Shown in pieces: positions 9,843 to 18,689 of a stretch of DNA of 64,000 nt. The DNA comes from Verrucomicrobiia bacterium (GTDB taxonomy: Bacteria > Verrucomicrobiota > Verrucomicrobiia > Limisphaerales > UBA8199): the NCBI GenBank assembly GCA_035294005.1, contig DATGLT010000188.1:14154-78153 (forward strand). Reading direction: 5' to 3'. How positions within the stretch are numbered: position 1 is the stretch's first letter; each line of letters begins with the position of its first letter. The position numbers were made by a program, and so were the translations under genes. Under the pieces are notes generated by a model. It ran no database searches, was not told the DNA's origin, and saw nothing but the letters and a program-made list of their open reading frames with translations.

Positions 9843-11165
9843 TCAGATCAGGCTCAGGTCTTTGCCGATGCGGCCAAGTTTTTCCAAGGCGAAATCGATT
9901 TGCTTGTCGGTGTGCGTGGCCATCAGGCTAATGCGAATCAATTCGCATCCCGGAGCTACTGCGGGGTAGACCACCGGATTGACGAACACGCCCTGTTCCT
10001 GCAGCAGTTTGGAGAACTGGAATGCCAGCATCATGTCGCGGCAATAGACCGGCAGGATCGGGGTTTCAGAATCTCCCAAAGCAAACCCGAGGCTCAGCAG
10101 GCCTTGTTTCATTCTCTGGGTGTTCTTCCAGAGTTGGGCGATCCGCTCGGGCTCGCTCTCCATGATCTCGAGGGCGGCAAGCACCGCGGCGACATTTGCC
10201 GGGCTCATGCTGGCGCTGAAAATCAGCGGCCGCGAATGGTGCTTCAAATAGTCAATCGTTGCAGCGTCTGAAGCGATGAATCCACCGAGGCTGGCCAGCG
10301 ATTTGCTGAATGTCCCCATGATTAGGTGGACCTTGTCGGTGAGCCCGAAGTGGCTGGCAGTGCCGGCGCCGTTGTTCCCAAGAACACCTATGGCATGCGC
10401 GTCGTCGACCATCAAGGCCGCCCCGTGTTTTTGCGTAATTTCGCAAAGCTGGGGAAGTTGGATGACGTCGCCTTCCATGCTGAAGACGCCGTCTACGACG
10501 ACAAGTTTGCCCGCTTGCGGTTCGAGTTGGTCGAGTCGAGACTCCAAAGCGGCCAAATCTTTATGAGGAAATCGGAAAAACTTACCCTGGGCGAGCAAGC
10601 AACCCTCGACAATGCTGGCATGGTTGCTCTTGTCGCCGATGACGTACTCCCCTTTGCCGACCAGGGCGCTGATGACCCCGAGGTTCACCTGAAAACCTGT
10701 GCTGTAGAGAAGAACCGCTTCCTTGTTTACCAGGCGCGCCAGGGCCGCTTCCAATTCAAGGTGGATGTCCAGCGTGCCATTTAGAAAACGAGATCCGGCA
10801 CAGCCTGTGCCGTACTTGGCAACGGCTGCCGTGGCGGCTTGCTTGATCTTCGGATGGTTTGTCAGCCCAAGATAGCTGTTGGAACCCAGCATCAGGACCT
10901 TTTTCCCCTCGATGAGCACCTCGGTGTCCTGCGCGGAGGAGATCGTGCGGAAATATGGATAAAGTCCGGCAGCCCGGATTTGCGCGGCGCTCCCAAACGT
11001 GTGGACCTTTTCCAAAAGCGCAGGGCAGTGCGCATGGGCTTTCGCCTTGGAACGGACCGGCCTGTGATTTAGCTCCTTGGCGCCGGTGGCGCGCGGCAGA
11101 GCATATGAATCCAATTGTTCTGCCGGGCGGCCGTCGATGGCCGACGTCTTTTCCTGGTAAATCAT
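9843..11165 (-). CDS. PLP-dependent alpha-oxoamine synthase, serine-palmitoyltransferase-like (Spt/Kbl/BioF family)
   Basis: 440 aa. Motifs: [55 protein letters not shown], and the PLP-lysine motif [12 protein letters not shown]. From memory, the blocks resemble Sphingomonas Spt more than BioF. Subfamily assignment needs phylogeny. Confidence 0.85.
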   Translation of the reverse strand: MIYQEKTSAIDGRPAEQLDSYALPRATGAKELNHRPVRSKAKAHAHCPALLEKVHTFGSAAQIRAAGLYPYFRTISSAQDTEVLIEGKKVLMLGSNSYLGLTNHPKIKQAATAAVAKYGTGCAGSRFLNGTLDIHLELEAALARLVNKEAVLLYSTGFQVNLGVISALVGKGEYVIGDKSNHASIVEGCLLAQGKFFRFPHKDLAALESRLDQLEPQAGKLVVVDGVFSMEGDVIQLPQLCEITQKHGAALMVDDAHAIGVLGNNGAGTASHFGLTDKVHLIMGTFSKSLASLGGFIASDAATIDYLKHHSRPLIFSASMSPANVAAVLAALEIMESEPERIAQLWKNTQRMKQGLLSLGFALGDSETPILPVYCRDMMLAFQFSKLLQEQGVFVNPVVYPAVAPGCELIRISLMATHTDKQIDFALEKLGRIGKDLSLI

Positions 11166-11331
11166 ATTGAGCGAAACGCCAACGGACCTTTCTCTGTTCT
11201 CCGTTTTACATTTTCCAGCCGGGGAGGCAAGTAGGAAATTGGGCTACCAAGTGGGTGTGGAACAGGCGGTTGGAAACCAAACGCCACTCCGATAAGGGGA
11301 TACGTCGGCCAGCCGACCCGGGTTCGGAAGC

Positions 11332-11997
11332 TCATTCCTGAGCAATTAGCCCGGTCTGAAGGGCAAAACGGACCAGTCCAGGGACATCAAAAATATTAAG
11401 CCGTTCCATTAGTTTGGCCCGGTGGTACTCGACCGTCTTGGGGCTGAGGTTCAGTACATACGCAATGGCTTTGGTGGTCTGACCTTCGGCTATTAATTGC
11501 AGAATCTCCCGTTGCCGCTCGCTCAGGCTTTCCAAAGGGGTCTTTTGATGGGCAATGTGATGCAACGGCAATTTCTTCAGCAGGCGGTTGGACATTTCAC
11601 GCGCAAGGTAAATCTCGCCGGCCGTCACTTGTTCAAGAGCCGCCGCAAGTTCGGTCGTCGCCGCCTTTTTAAGAAGATAACCCGAAGCTCCCGCTTTGAG
11701 GGCTTGCCAGAAGTATTCTTCGTTTTGATGCATCGACAAAATAATGACCCGGACTTTGGGAAACTCCTTGGTGATACGCGAAGTGGCCTCAAGCCCATTG
11801 AGCCCACGCATTGAGATATCCATGAAAACTATCGCGGGCGACAGTGTGCGCACCAGTTCGAGCGCTTCGCGGCCGTCGGAGGCTTCCCCGACGACCTGAG
11901 TCCCGGGTATTTTTTCGAGTTCGGCTCGGATTCCTGCGCGCACGATGGGGTGATCGTCTGCGAGGATGAGCCGGGTGGGTTGCTGTTCGGTGGTCAT
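11332..11997 (-). CDS. NarL/LuxR-family response regulator
   Basis: Receiver domain (LILADDHPIVRAGI...VFMDISMRGLNGLE) plus C-terminal LuxR HTH (LSERQREILQLIAEGQTTKAIAYVLNLSPKTVEYHRAKLMERL). 4-nt overlap with the upstream kinase gene. Confidence 0.93.
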   Translation of the reverse strand: MTTEQQPTRLILADDHPIVRAGIRAELEKIPGTQVVGEASDGREALELVRTLSPAIVFMDISMRGLNGLEATSRITKEFPKVRVIILSMHQNEEYFWQALKAGASGYLLKKAATTELAAALEQVTAGEIYLAREMSNRLLKKLPLHHIAHQKTPLESLSERQREILQLIAEGQTTKAIAYVLNLSPKTVEYHRAKLMERLNIFDVPGLVRFALQTGLIAQE

Positions 11998-13793
11998 GAG
12001 GTCGGTTCCGAATTATCGGTGCGATGCCATCGCAAAGGGAACCAGGCGTGAACTTCGGTCCCCTGGCCGGGCGAGGAATTGAATTCGAGGCCGCCTCCGG
12101 CAAGGCTGGTTCGTTCTTCCATGCTTAACAGGCCCAGGCTGGCGCCCTGGACGGCCTCATTGCGCAGGGCGGTGACGTCAAAGCCCACACCGTCATCCCG
12201 GACCAACAGGTGCAAGTGGCCATTGCGCTGGCTTAAGTCTACCGTCACCGCTCGGGCGTTCGCATGACGCACCACATTGGTCAGCGCTTCCTGTGCGACA
12301 CGGAAACATTCGGTTTCAATGACAACGTCCAGCCGGCTTTCGAGACTTGCCGGCTTAAACTCGGCTCGCAGGCCGGTCAGGGCGGCCTGCCTGTTTGTGT
12401 ACCACCTCAAGGCCGGTTCCAACCCCAGGTCGTCCAGAATAGAGGGCCGAAGATTTAGCGAAAGGTCGTGAACCTGTTCAAGCACGCGTTCAACGGCCTG
12501 AATACTGTCCTCCAGCCGTTGTCTTTTTGCCGCCGTGTTGGAGGAGCGAAGCGCCGCCTGGAGATTCATTTCAGCGACAGTCAAGCTCTGCCCAATTTCG
12601 TCATGCAGTTCCCTGGCAATGTGCCTGCGCTCCGTTTCCTGCACCTCGACCAGCCTGTGGGACAGGACTTGCAGTTTTTGAGCGGCGCGTTGCCTTTCGA
12701 GTTCGCGTTGTTCGAGGGCCTGCGCCATTTGGTCAAATGCCAGGGTCAGCTGCCCCAGTTCATCATGTGTATGGGCAACACCCGTGCGCACGGACAAATC
12801 GCCCAACGCCAGTTGCGCGCTCGAACGCGCCAGCGCTTTAACCGGACGCAGAATCAGCAGCTTTCCTCCCGCCAAGCCAATCAAACAAGCGGAACCCGCC
12901 GCAATCGCCAGCCAGATTAAGTTCGTGCGCAACGCCCGGTCTGCCTGGGCAAAAAGAACCTGGCGCGGAATGCTTAAGACCGAGACGACTTCACCCTTAG
13001 CCAAGCCGCTCATTCTGGATTGAAAGGCATAGAACGTCTGCATTCCCTCGGGCGTTTGGCGCTCCAAAACGCCGCCGGCGCGGCCAAACACGTCCGCAAG
13101 CAAGCCCGGGTCGGCCAGCGGCTTGCCGATCCAGCTCTCAGGGGCCGGGTATCGTGTCAAAACCGTTCCCGCCCGATCTAATTCGGTCCAGGTTGCACCT
13201 GTGGGAAGCTGGCCAGGCAGTTCAGTGCCGAACCGGTCGAAGTACTGAAGGTCCAATTCGGCAAAGACCAGCCCCAGAAGCGCACCCGAATGGCTGAGCA
13301 CCGGGTAGCCGAAGCTGATCGTGGCCGGAGCAGTTCCGGCAGGAAAAGAGCCAATGGTGAAGGCATGGTTCCTGAAAGCTTTTTGAACGAAATCCCTGTC
13401 CGCCAATTTTTTGCCAATGACAGGCCGGGCGCTGGCCAGGACGTCGCCGTTGGTTGTCAGAACACCGAGGTTGGCGAAACGTGGATAGGTAGCGAACAAA
13501 TCATCCAAGCCCTTTTGACAGCGCCTTGGATCAAATGAATGAACGTAGGAAGATTCTGAAACTGCCAGGAGCAATTGGCGCGTGCTGCCGATGAGCTGTT
13601 CCTCATCCCGGTTGGCGATATTCTGCAGTTCGCGCGATTTGTCGCGCCAGGCTGCTATTGCGCGCCGGCGATCTTCCCCCGCCGTGTGCAACATCAGCAC
13701 AACAAGAGGGGCACAAGCCAATACGACCAGCGCCAACAGCCGGAATCGCAGGCCCGAAAACACCCGGGCGACCGAAGCGGCAAGGCGTTTCAC
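11994..13793 (-). CDS. sensor histidine kinase (HisKA_3/NarX-DesK type) with a periplasmic sensor domain and HAMP
   Basis: N-terminal TM segment, a ~270-aa extracytoplasmic Cache-like region, a second TM segment, then HAMP (LRPVKALARSSAQLALGDLSVR). H-box RHIARELHDEIGQSL; ATPase boxes EALTNVVRHANA, DDGVGF. Confidence 0.9.
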   Translation of the reverse strand: MKRLAASVARVFSGLRFRLLALVVLACAPLVVLMLHTAGEDRRRAIAAWRDKSRELQNIANRDEEQLIGSTRQLLLAVSESSYVHSFDPRRCQKGLDDLFATYPRFANLGVLTTNGDVLASARPVIGKKLADRDFVQKAFRNHAFTIGSFPAGTAPATISFGYPVLSHSGALLGLVFAELDLQYFDRFGTELPGQLPTGATWTELDRAGTVLTRYPAPESWIGKPLADPGLLADVFGRAGGVLERQTPEGMQTFYAFQSRMSGLAKGEVVSVLSIPRQVLFAQADRALRTNLIWLAIAAGSACLIGLAGGKLLILRPVKALARSSAQLALGDLSVRTGVAHTHDELGQLTLAFDQMAQALEQRELERQRAAQKLQVLSHRLVEVQETERRHIARELHDEIGQSLTVAEMNLQAALRSSNTAAKRQRLEDSIQAVERVLEQVHDLSLNLRPSILDDLGLEPALRWYTNRQAALTGLRAEFKPASLESRLDVVIETECFRVAQEALTNVVRHANARAVTVDLSQRNGHLHLLVRDDGVGFDVTALRNEAVQGASLGLLSMEERTSLAGGGLEFNSSPGQGTEVHAWFPLRWHRTDNSEPTS

Positions 13794-13886
13794 TTCCCCA
13801 GACTACCACAATCGGCGGCCAAAAAAAGCGTGTTTTCACCCCTCCGTTGTTAAAATCAGGAAACGAGTCTACCGGCCTTCACCGAA

Positions 13887-15749
13887 CTATTTTTGCTGCA
13901 CCCGGTAAAAGGCCCACGGCAGGTTCGCAGCCAACGGGACCGACTGGCTGACGCTGGTTTGGGTGTAAGTGCTTACCGGGTACCAAACTGCACTGGGCCC
14001 CAGGTTTGTTGTGTATTGCACCTGGTAGCTGTTGCCGACTTGACCAAAGACAGTCAACGCGTGGCCTGATCCGCCAGTTGCGGTTGCCTGGACAATGGGC
14101 ACGTTGTTAATTACGGCAACCTGTCCGGAATTCAGAAATGTATTCCAATAGGATGCGGAGCTCGGTTTCAATGCCGTCAATTGGGTTACTGGCAAAGCGA
14201 TCAATGTAGAAGGCTGAATTCTTTGCGATTGAAACGTGATTGATCCGAGAAGGTTGGAGCCCTGGAAACCTTGAGGCGAGGAGCTTTGAACATTCACTAC
14301 CACGGTATTGCCCTGGACTTTTAACGAGCTGTTAGTTGCCCCCGGAGCGGAGATCGACAGGGTCGGGTTCGAAAGTGTGTTAGGCCATGGCATCGAGAAA
14401 CTCAGGTTGGTAACGCCTTCACTGGACGAGAGCATAATCGGAATGGAACCGCTTTGGCCTGCCTGAATGCTGGTCGAGCCGAGACTCAAAGACGCATAGT
14501 CCTGAACGACGATCTGCACCGTCTCATTCGTGCTCATCTGCGGATTTGTCGAATCGACTATTTTAACGCTCACGAAATTTGTCGTGGAGGCCTGGCCTGG
14601 GGTTGGAGTCCAAACAATGTAAGTGATGCCTCGACGCGACACCAGCTTAAGTCCCGCGGGGGCTCCCGGCATCAAGCTAATGCTCACTTTATCAGAGGCC
14701 GAGGGCGGGTTGAGCACCAGGCGCAGCGCGGAATTCGGCGCCACGGCAGCGTTGGTGAGCACGCCGGGAGTGATGGCCTGGCTTACCGTGACCTGGAACG
14801 AGACGCTGGTCGTGTTGTTCGTGGGCTGACTGTCGCTGACGGTAACTGTAATTTTCGATGTTCCAAAAGCGTTCGTGGCCGGTGCAAGCAACAACGATCC
14901 TGTGCTGGAGGGATTGGAGTAAGAAACGACGGGCGCGGGCACCACTCCAGGATTGCTGGAGCTGGCGGTAATTGACAGGTTTGCTGACAGATTCGTCTGG
15001 CCGGATGTGATCCCAGTGAGATTGATGGTCATTGGACCTGAGTTCTCGTTGAGCATAACGTCGCTCAGCAGATCAATCGTGGGCGGGTTATTCACTGGAA
15101 TGACCGAGACAGTAAAAGAACGGATGACTGTGTTGCTGACCGTTGCACCGTCGTCCACCATAACGGTAATGACACTCGATCCGTACGAACCGGGCACAGG
15201 GGTGAACGTCAGAATGCCGATGGGGTCCGGGCTCGAGTAATCGATAGCGGGCTGCGGAATCACACCTGGATTGCTCGAGAAAGCGCTGACCGTCAGCGAC
15301 TGCGTTTCGGAAGCCGACCCGCTTGTGACTCCAGTCAAATAGACCGTTTGTTCAGGCCCGTCCTGGGGAATGTTCAAATCGGCAATGGGGTCCAACGTGG
15401 GCGCGACATTCGGTGAGGCCACAGAATACGACGCCTCGGCTGAATAATCGCTTTCCATTCCGGCCGACGTGTAGGTTGTGGCCGCAAAATAATAAGTGCC
15501 TCCCGAACACAGGTTGGACACGATCGCGGTCGTCGCGTTTCCGACCGCAAGGACATTCGTGTAGGTTCGGCTTGCCGGACCATAATAGACGTTGTAGCCG
15601 GTTACGGTTGCATCGGGGCTGGGGTCCCATGCCAGGACGACCGCCGCTCCTGGGCTGGCCTTCAGTTGCGAAGAGCCTGCTAGCAATCCGAACCACATAC
15701 AAACGTGAGCCGCGCATCTCACCCCTTGAAGTAAAGTTGTTCGTAACAT
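13887..15749 (-). CDS. large secreted FN3 / tandem Ig-like repeat protein with a C-terminal FYR-ending module
   Basis: The ORF extends to 15881, but the signal-peptide-like MLRTTLLQGVRCAAHVCMWFGLLAGSSQLKA begins at Met45 (15749). FN3 block LAWDPSPDATVTGYNVYYGPASRTYTNVLAVGNATT...GGTYYFAATTYTSAGMES. Two tandem ~95-aa repeats (PTLDPIADLNIPQDGPEQTVYLTGVTSG... / PPTIDLLSDVMLNENSGPMTINLTGITSG...). Ends ...LPWAFYRVQQK. Confidence 0.82.
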   Translation of the reverse strand: MLRTTLLQGVRCAAHVCMWFGLLAGSSQLKASPGAAVVLAWDPSPDATVTGYNVYYGPASRTYTNVLAVGNATTAIVSNLCSGGTYYFAATTYTSAGMESDYSAEASYSVASPNVAPTLDPIADLNIPQDGPEQTVYLTGVTSGSASETQSLTVSAFSSNPGVIPQPAIDYSSPDPIGILTFTPVPGSYGSSVITVMVDDGATVSNTVIRSFTVSVIPVNNPPTIDLLSDVMLNENSGPMTINLTGITSGQTNLSANLSITASSSNPGVVPAPVVSYSNPSSTGSLLLAPATNAFGTSKITVTVSDSQPTNNTTSVSFQVTVSQAITPGVLTNAAVAPNSALRLVLNPPSASDKVSISLMPGAPAGLKLVSRRGITYIVWTPTPGQASTTNFVSVKIVDSTNPQMSTNETVQIVVQDYASLSLGSTSIQAGQSGSIPIMLSSSEGVTNLSFSMPWPNTLSNPTLSISAPGATNSSLKVQGNTVVVNVQSSSPQGFQGSNLLGSITFQSQRIQPSTLIALPVTQLTALKPSSASYWNTFLNSGQVAVINNVPIVQATATGGSGHALTVFGQVGNSYQVQYTTNLGPSAVWYPVSTYTQTSVSQSVPLAANLPWAFYRVQQK

Positions 15750-15953
15750 CTGAGTAACGACACGTGCTATGCATAACTTTTGCCAATGCTGGTACAGGGC
15801 GCCGGCCAGGGTGAGATTCCAAGTCCGTGGCCGAAGCGGCACTGTCCTAAAACGAGACCCGAGTGGCTGAAGGCGGGACAAAACGCCTCATTCTTGAGCA
15901 GATGCCCACTCTCCTTGATTTACCGCAAAGGGCTAGTGCAGTAGAAGTTGCGA

Positions 15954-16223
15954 ATGAATTGGCGGACGTGGCTCAATCCTGCGCGCCGTGCCATTTACCC
16001 GGGCACGGGCTTTGCTATTCCACTGCGCATGGCCATTGTGCTTATCTCCTGGGTGTCCATGTCGATGTTCTTCTGTCTAGCACTGGTACGAGCCGCCGCG
16101 CGCCGGTACTTGCTTGGGACAACACCCGCAGAAACTGAGACGTTAACACCCCAACCCGCGCCGGCGGTCAGCGCAGCACCCGCAATGCGTGAACACCGGC
16201 CTGCGGTCGCCGTTATTTCCTGA
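15954..16223 (+). CDS. possible small single-TM protein (weak call)
   Basis: ORF 15948-16223 with an ATG at 15954. One hydrophobic helix (MAIVLISWVSMSMFFCLALV). It lies in an otherwise empty 590-bp gap upstream of the sugar transferase gene. I recognise no family. Confidence 0.25.
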   Translation: MNWRTWLNPARRAIYPGTGFAIPLRMAIVLISWVSMSMFFCLALVRAAARRYLLGTTPAETETLTPQPAPAVSAAPAMREHRPAVAVIS

Positions 16224-16469
16224 GTTTTCTCCGTAGTTCCACTGATTCAGTTTCCGTACTTCCCGGAATTGCACCTTTTTTTGCTCAGAGCAAAGTAGTA
16301 TCTGTTTGGAACCCGACCTGAAAGTTCTGGCATGAATGCTGGAATCGTTTGGCGCTTGTTTCACGAAAGCGCTTCTTGAGCTTTGGTGGCAACACGGAGC
16401 CATGCTGTTCAAGGCTCGTTACAGGCGGTATGGGGTGGCACGTGGTCGAATTCATCCGTGGTGCATTGT

Positions 16470-17207
16470 ATGGAGAAGCAGCAAACAAGCGGTCATTTGG
16501 GGAGCAGTGAAGGGACGTCTGGCCTTCCGGCATGGAAACGAACTTTTGATTTATGCCTTGTGTTCGTTCTTTTGCCGGGCTTGCTGCTTTTGGGCGGCCT
16601 GGTCGCGTTGATCATCAAAGCGGGCTCTCGCGGGCCAATTTTTTTCCGGCAACGCCGGGTGGGGTATAAGGGACGCGAGTTCGTTTGTTTTAAATTTCGC
16701 ACGATGCGTGTCGACGCGGATGTGGATTCACACCGCCGGCATACCCAGGAGTTGATTCGATCCAAGACCCCGATGGTTAAGCTGGATGCCAAACGCGATC
16801 CCAGAATGGTCCCTTTGGGCGGCATTCTGCGCGTGACCGGGTTGGACGAATTGCCGCAATTGCTGAACATAATTCGTGGCGAAATGAGCCTCGTAGGCCC
16901 GCGACCTTGCATTCCTTATGAGTGCGAAGCGTATCAGGCGTGGCATTGGCAACGGTTTGATGCCGTGCCCGGGCTGACGGGCCTGTGGCAGGTCAGCGGA
17001 AAAAACCGTACGACCTTCGAACAAATGGTACGGCTTGACATCGAATACGCGCAGCGAAAAAGTCTTTGGCTGGATGCCCGAATTGTGCTCAAAACCGTAC
17101 CGGCGTTGTGGGGACAGTATTGCGACCAACGCGCCGCCCGGTCGCGTCACTCGACTGCGGCTCCGGCCCGCGCTCGGTCGTCCGCAGAATGTTCCACCGT
17201 CTCATGA
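16470..17207 (+). CDS. polyprenyl-phosphate sugar-phosphate transferase (small bacterial sugar transferase, PglC/WbaP C-terminal type)
   Basis: Motifs KRTFDL, SRGPIFFRQRRVGYKGREFVCFKFRTM, LDELPQLLNIIRGEMSLVGPRP, RFDAVPGLTGLWQVSG. The likely start is the ATG at 16470 (MEKQQ...) within ORF 16383-17207. Confidence 0.9.
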   Translation: MEKQQTSGHLGSSEGTSGLPAWKRTFDLCLVFVLLPGLLLLGGLVALIIKAGSRGPIFFRQRRVGYKGREFVCFKFRTMRVDADVDSHRRHTQELIRSKTPMVKLDAKRDPRMVPLGGILRVTGLDELPQLLNIIRGEMSLVGPRPCIPYECEAYQAWHWQRFDAVPGLTGLWQVSGKNRTTFEQMVRLDIEYAQRKSLWLDARIVLKTVPALWGQYCDQRAARSRHSTAAPARARSSAECSTVS

Positions 17208-17284
17208 GGGGACGCGGTTACCCGGGTTAACCGCTCCTCTGCCAAGCGCCATCTGTCCCAAACCGTTCGCTTCCTTCCAAGCCC

Positions 17285-17773
17285 ATGAATGATGCCCCGT
17301 ACCGATGCATTGCGCCCGATGTTAAATTGGGGCAACGCGTAAAGATCTTTGCGTTCACCAATCTTTATGGGTGTGAGATCGGGGACGATGTCAAAATCGG
17401 GACCTTTGTCGAAATTCAAAAAGGGGCTCGCGTAGGCAGCCGCTGCAAAATTTCCAGCCATTCCTTTCTGTGTGAAGGCGTAACCCTCGAGGATGAAGTA
17501 TTCGTTGGACACGGAGTTATGTTCATTAACGACCGTTTTCCGCGGGCAACCACCGGCGGTGGCGCTCTTCAGACGGAAGCCGATTGGGCTTGCGTGCCGA
17601 CGGTGATCAAGCGCGGCGCTTCGTTGGGATCCAACTGTACCATTCTGTGCGGGGTCACTGTGGGCGAGGGAGCCATCGTGGGGGCCGGGAGCGTTGTGAC
17701 GAAAGATGTCCCGGCGGGGGCCGTGGTCGCAGGCAATCCGGCGCGCATTCTGCCAAAGCGAAAAGCGGTTTGA
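17285..17773 (+). CDS. left-handed beta-helix (hexapeptide-repeat) sugar acetyltransferase
   Basis: Hexapeptide-type repeats (IGDDVKIGTFVEIQKGARVGSRCKISSHSFL..., GASLGSNCTILCGVTVGEGAIVGAGSVVTKDVPAGAVVAGNPARIL). Confidence 0.85.
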   Translation: MNDAPYRCIAPDVKLGQRVKIFAFTNLYGCEIGDDVKIGTFVEIQKGARVGSRCKISSHSFLCEGVTLEDEVFVGHGVMFINDRFPRATTGGGALQTEADWACVPTVIKRGASLGSNCTILCGVTVGEGAIVGAGSVVTKDVPAGAVVAGNPARILPKRKAV

Positions 17774-17877
17774 GCGGCATCCCCGCGCCGCCCATGCAAC
17801 CCGAATAAGCCGGCAATACGGCATGTCGACACTGGATTTCAAAGAGTGCAGTCTCGGGATAGAAGAGGGCTGATTGT

Positions 17878-18582
17878 ATGCCGAGTGAATATTCACGGAC
17901 GCAACCCATCGTCGTCAGCGGAATATCCAACCGGGAATTTCTCGAGCGTTACGCCGAGGCCGGGCGGGTTGGGTTATGCAACGGCGCAACACTGATTGAC
18001 CGGGCGATCTGCCGGGCTCAGCGGCGTCTCGATCGCAAGGACGAGTGCGGCGCGTGGTCGCATGTTTTTCTTTTTCAGGGCAAACGCGCCGATGGACATC
18101 ATTGGGTGATCGAATCCGATTTGCAGATGCACCGGAAACACTTCCAGTTCGGCGTTCAAGAGAACCGGATTTCCAAGTATTTCAATGAGGATCTGTACCG
18201 GAGCCTGGCCGTTTTGGACTTTGGCCTATCCGCAACCCAGGTGGCGGATTTGTTGAGCGAAGCGATCGATCTTGCGGCCAACCGGGCTCGCTATTCGCTT
18301 CGTGAGTTGGTCGGTACACTGCTTGCCCTTCGCCACACTGAACTACGCAATCGTGAAAACCTGCTGGCCAGGGAAAAATCGATGTACTGCTCGGCGTTTG
18401 TTCAATGGGTTTTCCGAAAAGCCGGGCTCGACCTTGCACCCGGATTGGATTTCAAGAACACCACCCCGAAGGATATCGCTGGGACAGCATTGCCACATAC
18501 TGCGTATTGGTTAATGCGCGAGATGCCGGTGCGCAAAACGCACTTTCCGCGTTTGAAGCTGCGACCTCGCCGAGCGGAATAA
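17878..18582 (+). CDS. hypothetical protein with permuted NlpC/P60 (LRAT/YiiX-like) His...Cys arrangement
   Basis: A candidate His (AWSHVFLF) is followed by ESD and then a C-terminal Cys motif, SMYCSAFVQWVF, reminiscent of the NCEHFV-type motif of LRAT-like permuted papain-fold enzymes. No signal peptide is seen. Confidence 0.45.
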   Translation: MPSEYSRTQPIVVSGISNREFLERYAEAGRVGLCNGATLIDRAICRAQRRLDRKDECGAWSHVFLFQGKRADGHHWVIESDLQMHRKHFQFGVQENRISKYFNEDLYRSLAVLDFGLSATQVADLLSEAIDLAANRARYSLRELVGTLLALRHTELRNRENLLAREKSMYCSAFVQWVFRKAGLDLAPGLDFKNTTPKDIAGTALPHTAYWLMREMPVRKTHFPRLKLRPRRAE

Positions 18583-18689
18583 GCGATTGCTCGCGCCGTG
18601 AGCCGTTTTCCATCGCGTGGGGTAAATCCCCCATTGTGGCTGGGGCTTCTTAGGGAAGCGTTTGTACCGGTAAAACAAACAGGAGCATT

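Noticed and set aside
17147-17896. 249-aa minus-strand ORF
   Set aside because: It is antisense to the hexapeptide acetyltransferase gene, whose plus-strand frame shows unmistakable LbH repeats.
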